Assembly (NCBI GenBank): GCA_965224465.1
Contig: OZ245049.1
Location: forward strand, 3,930,001-3,962,000
Direction of reading: 5' to 3'
From: Flavobacteriaceae bacterium
GTDB lineage: Bacteria; Bacteroidota; Bacteroidia; Flavobacteriales; Flavobacteriaceae
Length of the DNA stretch: 32,000 nucleotides
Below, in pieces: positions 1-8,151 of the stretch; positions within the stretch are counted from its first letter, which is position 1; each line of letters begins with the position of its first letter. The notes beneath the pieces are model-generated. The model saw only the letters and a list, made by a program, of their open reading frames with translations, ran no database searches and was not told where the DNA came from. A program made the translations under genes and the position numbers.

Positions 1-288
1 ATCATTCTCATCTTTACTAAAAACAGCAGGCTTGTCTTGTCCTTTTTTATCAATTAACTTTAGTGCAAGCTTGATTCTTCTTGGATCAATGTCACAAATG
101 GCAGTTACCAAAACATCGTCTCTATTTAAAACATTGTTTAAGTGATTGGTGCCTCGTAAACCGACTCCAATCATTCCAACTTTTAGTTTTTGTTTCCTTT
201 TTATAGCGCCAAAACTAAGGTTTGGGCTTAGTGCAATTCCTGCGCCTACAATCGCGGTTTTTTTTATGAAATTTCTTCGTGTACTCAT
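1..288 (-). CDS. Gfo/Idh/MocA-family oxidoreductase with twin-arginine signal; N-terminal part only, gene runs off the window
   Basis: Not in the ORF track because there is no stop in the window. Hand translation of the reverse strand from the ATG at 286-288 gives MSTRRNFIKKTAIVGAGIALSPNLSFGAIKRKQKLKVGMIGVGLRGTNHLNNVL...ICDIDP. TRRNFIK is a Tat motif. KVGMIGVGLRG is the Rossmann glycine loop typical of Gfo/Idh/MocA enzymes. Confidence 0.6.
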   Translation of the reverse strand, partial: MSTRRNFIKKTAIVGAGIALSPNLSFGAIKRKQKLKVGMIGVGLRGTNHLNNVLNRDDVLVTAICDIDPRRIKLALKLIDKKGQDKPAVFSKDEND

Positions 289-326
289 GAGTAATATGAA
301 ATTTTGATGTTATTAATTGTTTTTAT

Positions 327-845
327 TTAGCCTATTTTTGATGCCTTTGAGGTTGCATATCCCCAAATGGTGTATTTTCTTATAAAAAATAAGTAGTCGT
401 ATATTTGTTGTTCTTTGTTCGTAGCATTTTGTTGTTTGCTAGGGTGCTTTTTTATTTCTGATGTTGAGAAATAAGAGGAGATTAAGGTTTCTATGTCTTT
501 AGTATTTTCTTTGAGAATTGAGGTATTGTATGTCCTTTCAAAGGTGTTTTTAAATGCGATTGCGCCTTTTAAAAATAAATCTTGTTCTGAGGGGGAAATC
601 ACATCATTTAAAACAAGGTCTATAAATTTAGGGATTTCAACGTTTGCTATTGATTCCGATTGTATAGGAAGGATAATGTGGCTTATCTTTTTTAGAACAA
701 GTGCTTCTTTTGTCGCTAGAAATAGGGGTGTCCAAGCGGTTTTTGTATTGGTGTTACAGGAAGATAGCAAGGACATTAAAGTAGGTGTAGCAATGGTTGC
801 TCCTAGAGCATAGGTCATTGTTTTGAGTAGCTTTCTTCTATCCAT
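327..845 (-). CDS. Small Tat-signal subunit, gluconate 2-dehydrogenase subunit 3-like, partner of the GMC flavoprotein
   Basis: 172-aa ORF. The N-terminus MDRRKLLKTMTYALGATIATPTLMSLLSSC has a twin-arginine motif followed by a lipobox-like SSC. Its start overlaps the stop of the upstream GMC gene by 8 nt (ATGGATAG). Size and position match the small subunits that accompany GMC dehydrogenases. Confidence 0.65.
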   Translation of the reverse strand: MDRRKLLKTMTYALGATIATPTLMSLLSSCNTNTKTAWTPLFLATKEALVLKKISHIILPIQSESIANVEIPKFIDLVLNDVISPSEQDLFLKGAIAFKNTFERTYNTSILKENTKDIETLISSYFSTSEIKKHPSKQQNATNKEQQIYDYLFFIRKYTIWGYATSKASKIG

Positions 846-2535
846 GTTGTTCTTTTTTTAAATAAGTTACGGCATGGTTGGCAGCTCTTGCTGTGAGTGC
901 CATATATGTAAGTGAAGGATTTTGATACGCAGATGAAGTCATACAGGCACCATCTGTTACATATACATTAGCGACACTGTGTAGTTGGTTAAATTTATTG
1001 AGGACTGATGTTTTTGGATCGTGTCCCATACGTGCAGTTCCCATTTCGTGGATGGCGTTTCCTGGTGCGCTATGGTGGTCATAACCTTGTACATTTTTGT
1101 AGCCTGCGGCATGTAGCATGTTTACAGCTTCTTGCTGCATATCTTTCCGCATCTTGCGTTCGTTTTCTTTGAATTCACAATCAAAATTAACAATTGGCAA
1201 GCCCCATTCATCCTTTTTGTTAGGATCCAAAGATAATTGGTTTTCGTGATATGGGAGTGTTTCTCCAAAACCATTAATACCAATTTTCCATGGACCAGGA
1301 TGGTCTAATTGTTCTTTTAACTCTTTTCCAAAGGTCATTTCTTTAATCGCAGATTTCCAATTTTTACGACTTGCACTTCCTTGGAAACCGTAGCCTCTTG
1401 TGTAATTTGTAGGGTCTCCATGCTGTAGGTTTTTAAATCTAGGGATGTGAAAACTGGCAGGTCTTGTAGTATCGTTCAAATCGTTTTCAAAACCTTCAAC
1501 ATCTGCTGTGGCACCTACTTTAAAATGATGATCCATTAAATTGTGTCCCAATTCTCCACTGTCATTTCCCAATCCATTGGGGAATCTTTTACACGTAGAG
1601 TTTAATAAAATGGCGGTACTCCCTACGGTAGAAGCACAACAAAATATGATGGAAGCTTTATAAAAGGTTTTTATATGAGTATTGGCATCAATAACAAGAA
1701 CTCCTGTTGCTTTTTTTGTTGCATCATCATATATAATTTTGGAAACAATGGCGTATGTTTTTAATGTCATATTTCCCGTGCGTTCCGCAGCAGGTAGGGT
1801 GGCAGCGTTACTGCTGAAATAGGCGCCTAAAGGACAGCCTCTCATGCATTTATTTCTGCGTTGACAATGGAATCGCCCTGTGCGTGTTTTTTGATCGGTT
1901 AAATTTGCAAAACGTCCTATGGTTAGATGTCTTCCTGAGAATTTTTCTCCAAGTGTTTTTTTGAAATGCGTTTCTACGACATTCAAATCCATAGGAGGTA
2001 AAAAGGGACCATCAGGCAGTTGAGGTAGCTCTAGTTTTTCTCCACTTACCCCTATAAATGTCTCCACTTTTTCATACCAAGGTGCTATGTCTTTGTATCG
2101 GATAGGCCAGTCTACTGCGATGCCTTCTGTTTTGTTTGCTTTAAAATCTAGATCGCTCCATCGCAAACATTGTCTTCCCCAGGTTAACGAGCGCCCTCCT
2201 ACATGGTAACCTCTAATCCAATCAAATCGTTTGCTTTCTGAATAGGGGTGTTTGAGATCGTTTACAAACCAATGGCTGTATTTTTCTCTTGTAGCATAGC
2301 CTGTTCTTGCTTGTTTAAACTGTGCTTTTTCTTTTTCTAAAGGAGCAAAACCTCTGTATTTGAAATCCCAAGAACTCATTTCGGAAGTTACATAATCTGT
2401 ACCGTGGTGTACGGGTCTTCCTCTCTCAAGAACAAGTGTTTTTAAGCCTTGTTCACATAATTCTTTTGCTGCCCATCCGCCAGAAACTCCTGTTCCTATA
2501 ACAATGGCATCGTAATGTTCATTGTCTATATTCAT
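838..2535 (-). CDS. GMC-family FAD-dependent oxidoreductase
   Basis: 565-aa ORF. The N-terminal FAD fold is YDAIVIGTGVSGGWAAKELCEQGLKTLVLERG (GxGxxG ... E). The C-terminal region (HEMGTARMG ... NPSLTYMALTARAA) is typical of GMC oxidoreductases. It has no signal peptide of its own. Confidence 0.88.
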   Translation of the reverse strand: MNIDNEHYDAIVIGTGVSGGWAAKELCEQGLKTLVLERGRPVHHGTDYVTSEMSSWDFKYRGFAPLEKEKAQFKQARTGYATREKYSHWFVNDLKHPYSESKRFDWIRGYHVGGRSLTWGRQCLRWSDLDFKANKTEGIAVDWPIRYKDIAPWYEKVETFIGVSGEKLELPQLPDGPFLPPMDLNVVETHFKKTLGEKFSGRHLTIGRFANLTDQKTRTGRFHCQRRNKCMRGCPLGAYFSSNAATLPAAERTGNMTLKTYAIVSKIIYDDATKKATGVLVIDANTHIKTFYKASIIFCCASTVGSTAILLNSTCKRFPNGLGNDSGELGHNLMDHHFKVGATADVEGFENDLNDTTRPASFHIPRFKNLQHGDPTNYTRGYGFQGSASRKNWKSAIKEMTFGKELKEQLDHPGPWKIGINGFGETLPYHENQLSLDPNKKDEWGLPIVNFDCEFKENERKMRKDMQQEAVNMLHAAGYKNVQGYDHHSAPGNAIHEMGTARMGHDPKTSVLNKFNQLHSVANVYVTDGACMTSSAYQNPSLTYMALTARAANHAVTYLKKEQHG

Positions 2536-2907
2536 GAAGTTGTATTGGTTTTAATCATAATTATGTATGGGCTTTGCTGTGTTTTGTAGCGTTTCTTCTT
2601 GCAAAATTACTCGGATTTACCTTTTTAAAGGGGAATCATTAGTCGTTTATGTGGACGTTTTGGTCATAATTTAAAGAAAACAACCTCATAAAAACAAGAA
2701 CTTAAAAATAAACGTAATAAATACGTTTTACGGCAAGATACAGTTTTTTTATATGTACATATAATAGGATATGTTAAAATTAACAGAACAATAAGCGAAT
2801 TGTTTAAAAACAAACATTAAATAACGGGTTCATTTACTAAAATGCCCTTAAGGTGCTTTTTTTTTGTCAATTCTGTAAAAACACTCATAGAATCTAAAAA
2901 ATAAATG

Positions 2908-2915
2908 TAAATTTG
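2908..2915 (+). promoter_or_regulatory. Candidate Bacteroidota -7 promoter box (TAnnTTTG) upstream of galT
   Basis: TAAATTTG matches the TAnnTTTG -7 consensus of Bacteroidota sigma-A promoters and lies about 85 nt upstream of the galT ATG. I could not find a convincing -33 TTTG. Confidence 0.25.
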
Positions 2916-3000
2916 ACACTTAACGAGTTTTACCTATAAAATGGATGTTGATATATTATTTTATAAGTAAAAAAAGGAGCTTTTAAAATTTTCGAGAAGA

Positions 3001-4017
3001 ATGAATATAGATTTAGAAACACAACCTCATAGAAGGTATAATATTTTAACTCAAGAGTGGGTGTTGGTTTCTCCACATAGAACTAAAAGACCTTGGCAAG
3101 GAAAAACCGAGGATACAGAGAAGGCAGCGCATGTTTCTTACGATGAAACGTGTTTTTTATGTCCTACAAATGAACGCATGGGAGGCGAAAAAAACCCTGA
3201 TTATAAAGAGACCAATGTTTTTGTAAATGATTTTGGAGCTTTGTTATCTGATACACCTACGTTTAATTACGAAAAAGGTTTATTAAAGGCGGCAGGAGAA
3301 AGTGGGATTTGTAAGGTGATTTGTTTCTCGCCAGATCATTCTTTGACACTTCCAGATATGGATTTAGCAGCAATTGTAAAAATTGTGGATACTTGGCAAG
3401 AAGAGTTTGTAGCATTGGGAAAGAAACCAGCGATTAATTATGTTCAGATTTTTGAAAATAAAGGTGCAATTATGGGCTGTAGTAATCCGCATCCTCATGG
3501 TCAAATATGGGCGCAATATGCCATTCCTACCGAAATTGAAAAAAAGACCAAAACCCAGCAAAATCATTATAAATTGTATGGGAAGAGCTTACTAAGTACT
3601 TATATTCAACAAGAATTGGAAGAGGAAGTACGTATTATTAGTGAGAATGATAGTTTTGTTACCTTGGTGCCTTTTTGGGCAGTTTGGCCTTATGAAACGA
3701 TGATTGTTCCTAAAAGAAAAATGGGTACTATTGCAGAATTAACACGTAAAGAGAAAGAGGATTTTGCACAGCAATTGAAAACAATTACACAAAAATACGA
3801 TCGACTTTTTGGTGTTTCATTTCCGTATTCTTCTGGAATTCATCAAGCTCCTACAGACGGCTTAGCACATGATGAATGGCATTGGCATATGAGTTTTTAT
3901 CCTCCATTATTACGCTCGGCAACAGTTAAGAAATTTATGGTTGGCTATGAAATGTTTGCCATGCCTCAACGGGATCTGACTGCTGAGTCAGCAGCCGAAA
4001 AACTAAAATCATTATAA
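3001..4017 (+). CDS. galT: Galactose-1-phosphate uridylyltransferase
   Basis: 338-aa ORF with the catalytic His-Pro-His motif (CSNPHPHGQIWA) and a CxxC-type motif (CFLCP). Overall GalT-like sequence, immediately upstream of galK. Confidence 0.93.
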   Translation: MNIDLETQPHRRYNILTQEWVLVSPHRTKRPWQGKTEDTEKAAHVSYDETCFLCPTNERMGGEKNPDYKETNVFVNDFGALLSDTPTFNYEKGLLKAAGESGICKVICFSPDHSLTLPDMDLAAIVKIVDTWQEEFVALGKKPAINYVQIFENKGAIMGCSNPHPHGQIWAQYAIPTEIEKKTKTQQNHYKLYGKSLLSTYIQQELEEEVRIISENDSFVTLVPFWAVWPYETMIVPKRKMGTIAELTRKEKEDFAQQLKTITQKYDRLFGVSFPYSSGIHQAPTDGLAHDEWHWHMSFYPPLLRSATVKKFMVGYEMFAMPQRDLTAESAAEKLKSL

Positions 4018-4056
4018 TTTAAAAAAGTCAGCTATAAAAAAGCCGCTTTCAAAAAA

Positions 4057-5193
4057 ATGGAAAAAAATAGTACTATCAATGCTTCGTATGATATCGTTGT
4101 GAATTCTCCAGGACGCATAAATATTATAGGAGAACATACGGATTACAATAACGGTTTTGTATTGCCTACGGCAATTGATAAAAAAATTCAGTTTAAATTC
4201 AGGAAGAATAACAGTGAGAATCTCTGTCAAGTGAAGAGCGAAGATTTTGACACAGAATTTTCTTTTGATCTGACAAAAATTGCCAAGAGTAACACCCAAT
4301 GGGAAAATTACATTTTGGGGGTTATTTATGAAATTCAACAACTCACAGATAAATTGAGAGGATTTGACTGTGTGTTGCAAAGCGATATTCCTATTGGTTC
4401 TGGGATTAGCTCCTCTGCTGCCTTAGAGTGTGGTTTGGCTTTTGGATTGAACGAATTGTTTGATTTACAATTGACTAAGTTACAGATTGTGGAGTTGTCT
4501 CAACGTGCAGAGCATAATTATGTAGGGACAAAATGTGGAATTATGGATCAGTTTGCTTCTGTAATGAGTATCGATGGTCATGTTATTTTACTTGACTGTA
4601 AGTCCTTGGAATATACACATGTGCCTATTGAAATAGCGCCTTATAAATTGGTGTTACTCAATACCAATGTGTCGCATAATTTAGCTTCCGGAGAATACAA
4701 TACCAGAAGAAATCAATGTGAAGAAGGCGTGTCTATTATCCATAGTAAATATTCAAAAGTTACGTCATTAAGAGACGTGTCTATGGAGATGTTACGGGAA
4801 TTTAAATTAGATTTGTCTCCCATTGTTTATAATAGATGTACCTATGTAGTACAAGAAATAGAGCGTACCTTAAAAGCTGTTGAAGCATTGAAAAATAATA
4901 ATTTGGTAGATTTGGGACGTTATATGTATGAAACGCATCACGGCTTGCAAAATTTATACCAAGTAAGTTGTAAAGAATTGGATTTTTTAGTTGATTTTTC
5001 TAAGAAATACGATCAAGTCCTAGGTGCTCGAGTGATGGGTGGAGGATTTGGTGGTTGTACAATCAACTTAATTCACGAAGACGCTATTGCCGAGTTTACT
5101 GAAGCTGTGTCTAAGGCCTATTTTGATGCATTTGAGATTAAATTAACCGCTTTTGAAGCCATGCCAAGTGGTGGAACAAGTATAGAACAATAA
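4057..5193 (+). CDS. galK: Galactokinase
   Basis: 378-aa ORF with the galactokinase signature PGRINIIGEHTDYNNG and the GHMP kinase ATP motif PIGSGISSSAA. Confidence 0.93.
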   Translation: MEKNSTINASYDIVVNSPGRINIIGEHTDYNNGFVLPTAIDKKIQFKFRKNNSENLCQVKSEDFDTEFSFDLTKIAKSNTQWENYILGVIYEIQQLTDKLRGFDCVLQSDIPIGSGISSSAALECGLAFGLNELFDLQLTKLQIVELSQRAEHNYVGTKCGIMDQFASVMSIDGHVILLDCKSLEYTHVPIEIAPYKLVLLNTNVSHNLASGEYNTRRNQCEEGVSIIHSKYSKVTSLRDVSMEMLREFKLDLSPIVYNRCTYVVQEIERTLKAVEALKNNNLVDLGRYMYETHHGLQNLYQVSCKELDFLVDFSKKYDQVLGARVMGGGFGGCTINLIHEDAIAEFTEAVSKAYFDAFEIKLTAFEAMPSGGTSIEQ

Positions 5194-5217
5194 GTATCTA
5201 ACCAAATAAAATACATT

Positions 5218-6870
5218 ATGACAACAAATTTTGAGTTTTGGGATTATTTCATTTTTATAGCCTATGCTGTATTAATTTTAGGAGTAGGATTGTGGGTGTC
5301 TAGAGATAAAGAAGGGCATCAAAAAAATGCCGAAGATTATTTTTTAGCTAGTAAATCGTTGCCTTGGTGGGCTATTGGAGCATCACTTATTGCAGCAAAT
5401 ATATCTGCAGAACAGTTTATAGGAATGTCGGGTTCCGGTTTTGCCTTGGGACTGGCTATTGCTTCTTATGAATGGATGGCAGCTATTACCTTAATAATTG
5501 TAGGGAAATACTTCTTACCTATTTTTATTGAAAAAGGACTGTATACCATACCAGAATTTGTTGAAAAACGATTTTCTACCAATTTAAAAACAATATTAGC
5601 TGTCTTTTGGATTGGCTTGTATGTATTTGTGAATTTGGCTTCTGTACTGTATTTAGGGTCGTTGGCATTAGAAACAATCATGGGGATTCCAATGGTTTAT
5701 GGTGTGATGGGCTTGGCGTTATTTGCAGCTGCTTACTCTTTATATGGAGGTTTGTCTGCAGTGGCTTGGACAGATGTAATTCAGGTAGTTTTCTTAATTA
5801 TGGGTGGTTTGGTAACTACCTATTTGGCATTGGACACTGTGTCTGGTGGAGAAGGTGTAATCGAAGGTTTGAAAACGGTATATGAAGCTGCACCAGATCG
5901 ATTTGCTATGATTTTGGATAAATCCAACCCAGAGTTTAAAAACTTGCCAGGGATTGGTGTGTTGGTAGGTGGATTATGGGTAGCCAATTTATATTATTGG
6001 GGATTCAATCAATATATCATCCAACGTACCTTGGCGGCTAAATCATTGAAAGAAGCGCAAAAAGGTATTTTATTAGCCGCATTTTTAAAGTTGATTATTC
6101 CTGTAATAGTTGTGCTTCCTGGAATTGCAGCTTATGTAATGGTAAACGATCCAGAAATATTAGCCCGTTTGGGAGAAGCTGGACTGAAAAATTTACCTTC
6201 TGTAGATCAAGCAGATAAAGCATATCCATGGTTGTTACAGTTTTTACCAACAGGTTTAAAAGGAGTCGCTTTTGCAGCTTTGACAGCAGCCATTGTTTCT
6301 TCTTTGGCATCGATGTTGAATTCTACATCTACCATTTTTACCATGGATATTTACAAACAATACATCAATAAAACTGCAAGTGATAGACAAACGGTAAATG
6401 TTGGGAGGTTATCTGCGTTTATAGCCTTGGTGATTGCAAGTATTACCGCACCTCTTTTAGGAGGAATTGACCAAGCGTTTCAATTTATACAAGAATATAC
6501 AGGAGTTGTGAGTCCTGGAATATTAGCCGTATTTATGTTAGGATTGTTCTGGAAAAAGACAACAAACAAAGGGGCGATTATCGGAGCCTTAGCTTCTATT
6601 CCAATTGCCATGTATTTTAAAGTGGCACCAAAAGGATGGAGTACTAGTGCTGTTTTTGTTGATGTACCATGGATGGATCAGATGGGGTATACAGCTGTTT
6701 TAACAATGATTGTTATTGCCATTGTAAGTTTAATACAGCACAAAGGAGCTGATGATGAAAAAGCAATAGATATTACTAAGAAATTATTTAAAACCTCTCC
6801 TCTATTTAATATAGGTGCGTTTGCTATACTGATTATTTTAGTTGTTCTATATTCATTATTTTGGAAATAA
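5218..6870 (+). CDS. Sodium:solute symporter family sugar transporter (SGLT-like), probably for galactose or glucose
   Basis: 550-aa polytopic membrane ORF with SSS-family features (WWAIGASLIAANISAEQFIGMSGSG ... GGLSAVAWTDVIQ). It follows galTK after a 24-nt gap, so co-transcription is likely. Confidence 0.88.
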   Translation: MTTNFEFWDYFIFIAYAVLILGVGLWVSRDKEGHQKNAEDYFLASKSLPWWAIGASLIAANISAEQFIGMSGSGFALGLAIASYEWMAAITLIIVGKYFLPIFIEKGLYTIPEFVEKRFSTNLKTILAVFWIGLYVFVNLASVLYLGSLALETIMGIPMVYGVMGLALFAAAYSLYGGLSAVAWTDVIQVVFLIMGGLVTTYLALDTVSGGEGVIEGLKTVYEAAPDRFAMILDKSNPEFKNLPGIGVLVGGLWVANLYYWGFNQYIIQRTLAAKSLKEAQKGILLAAFLKLIIPVIVVLPGIAAYVMVNDPEILARLGEAGLKNLPSVDQADKAYPWLLQFLPTGLKGVAFAALTAAIVSSLASMLNSTSTIFTMDIYKQYINKTASDRQTVNVGRLSAFIALVIASITAPLLGGIDQAFQFIQEYTGVVSPGILAVFMLGLFWKKTTNKGAIIGALASIPIAMYFKVAPKGWSTSAVFVDVPWMDQMGYTAVLTMIVIAIVSLIQHKGADDEKAIDITKKLFKTSPLFNIGAFAILIILVVLYSLFWK

Positions 6871-6930
6871 AATGAGATAGGTTTCTGAGTTTCTATTTTG
6901 AAACAAGGACGTTTTAAGTTTAAATAAAAA

Positions 6931-6959
6931 GAGGTTGTACTAGTTACAGCCTCTTTTTT
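6931..6959 (+). terminator. Rho-independent terminator of the galT-galK-symporter operon
   Basis: The 8-bp stem gaggttgt / acagcctc (one G.U pair) has a 7-nt loop, is preceded by an A-run and followed by tttttt (6954-6959). Confidence 0.75.
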
Positions 6960-7176
6960 GTTTGAAATAGTTCTTTTTTATAGCTGTTTGATTAAGAAAA
7001 TGTTTTTAATCTAGTCATGGATTTGCACCCATTAATTTTCAAAGGAATGGTTATAAATAACATCAATTTTCGGATTCATTGTTGTTGATTGATAAATGTC
7101 ATTATTATTGTTCTTTTTTTTTCGAAAACTTATAGAGTATTTGAGATCATTATTGTTTTATTATCGATGACTAATA

Positions 7177-7336
7177 CCAACATACATTTCCAAGTGACGG
7201 TTTAGAAATGGAATTATTTTTTGTTTTAGCTAGGCGGAAAATCTTAGGATAGCCTTAGCTATCGTTCTGCTTTTTAACAACGCTAGAGCGTAAAATAAAC
7301 TGTTTATGTCTGTTATTTCGGATTGTAATTGTATTA
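7177..7336 (+). repeat. Copy A of a ~160-nt intergenic repeat, candidate structured RNA element
   Basis: Aligns by hand with 17039-17198 in the same orientation. I count about 15 substitutions or indels over about 150 aligned positions. It lies in the 586-bp gap between the symporter and the receiver gene. Confidence 0.8.
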
Positions 7337-7456
7337 GTTAGTGTGTCTATAAAAATAAAACAATAATATACCCGTAGTATTTTTCATTTTTTAATATGAA
7401 CTACGGTGATGCCTTCATAATTGTTATTTTTAATTGCTAATGCTTAAATCAATACT

Positions 7457-7849
7457 ATGAATCCTAAAAAAAACATTTTAATTATCGACCCGAACAATTA
7501 CCGATTAGCAAAAACCTGTAAGTTGTTTGTAGCACAAGGGTACCAAGTTTGGCCTGCAGATAGTTGTGAGCTTGCTTCTGTATCTATAGGTGTGAGATCT
7601 CCGGATTTAATTCTAATAGATGTAAAACCCGAAATAAAAGGTTTTGAGTTTTGTAATTTGATAAAAAAGCAGGATAAGTTTGCAAACATTCCTATTGTCT
7701 TTTTTTCTTTTACAGAGCGGTTGTGTTATAAGATGCAGAAATTAGAAGGAGATAATGTGAGTTTTGTTTCAAAACCATTTGATATTGATCAGTTATTTGA
7801 ATTGGTAAAAGAGCAAATTGCCACTTATAAATTAACATTTAAGTCATAA
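7457..7849 (+). CDS. Stand-alone response-regulator receiver (CheY-like) protein
   Basis: 130-aa ORF with a receiver layout: ILIIDPNN (beta1), DLILIDV (phospho-acceptor Asp), PIVFFSF and SKPF (conserved Lys). No output domain. Confidence 0.8.
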   Translation: MNPKKNILIIDPNNYRLAKTCKLFVAQGYQVWPADSCELASVSIGVRSPDLILIDVKPEIKGFEFCNLIKKQDKFANIPIVFFSFTERLCYKMQKLEGDNVSFVSKPFDIDQLFELVKEQIATYKLTFKS

Positions 7850-7890
7850 TCTTTTTTATGGAACTAGGGGGTGTCCCTCGGTTTTTAATG

Positions 7891-7898
7891 TATCTTTG
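7891..7898 (+). promoter_or_regulatory. Candidate -7 promoter box (TAnnTTTG) for the riboswitch-cbi transcript
   Basis: TATCTTTG matches TAnnTTTG. It would place the transcription start just before the first riboswitch helix, near 7905. No clear -33 element. Confidence 0.35.
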
Positions 7899-7904
7899 TT
7901 ATGT

Positions 7905-8080
7905 ATTTGGTGGATGTTTTTTAGGAATAAAAAACACCTTAATATGGGAATCCGGTTAGAATCCGGAGCTGTACCCGCAGCTGTATGCCTTGATAAATTT
8001 TTTCACACTTCGCCACTGTTTTATTTTATAAAATGGGAAGGTTCGAAAAAATGAGGTAAGCCAGAAGACCTGCCATTGAT
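7905..8080 (+). promoter_or_regulatory. Cobalamin (B12) riboswitch
   Basis: Conserved core elements are visible in the canonical order: aatatgggaatccggttagaatccgg (7941-7966), cccgcagctgta (7974-7985), B12-box cgccactg (8011-8018), atgggaaggt (8033-8042) and aagccagaagacctgcc (8058-8074). It sits directly upstream of cbiM. Boundaries are approximate. Confidence 0.85.
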
Positions 8081-8151
8081 AAAAAATGCTTTCGGGAGAA
8101 GAGCGCATATTAACGTACGTATTGTACACATTAATTTTCTATTTTTAAGAG

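Noticed and set aside
493-813. 106-aa plus-strand ORF.
   Set aside because: It lies entirely antisense within the Tat small-subunit gene, and its sequence has no recognisable features. It is a shadow ORF.
7862-7886. Short hairpin aggg-ggtgt-ccct followed by ggttttt just after the receiver gene, a possible terminator.
   Set aside because: It has only about 4 contiguous base pairs, too weak to call. If real, it would separate the receiver transcript from the riboswitch promoter.
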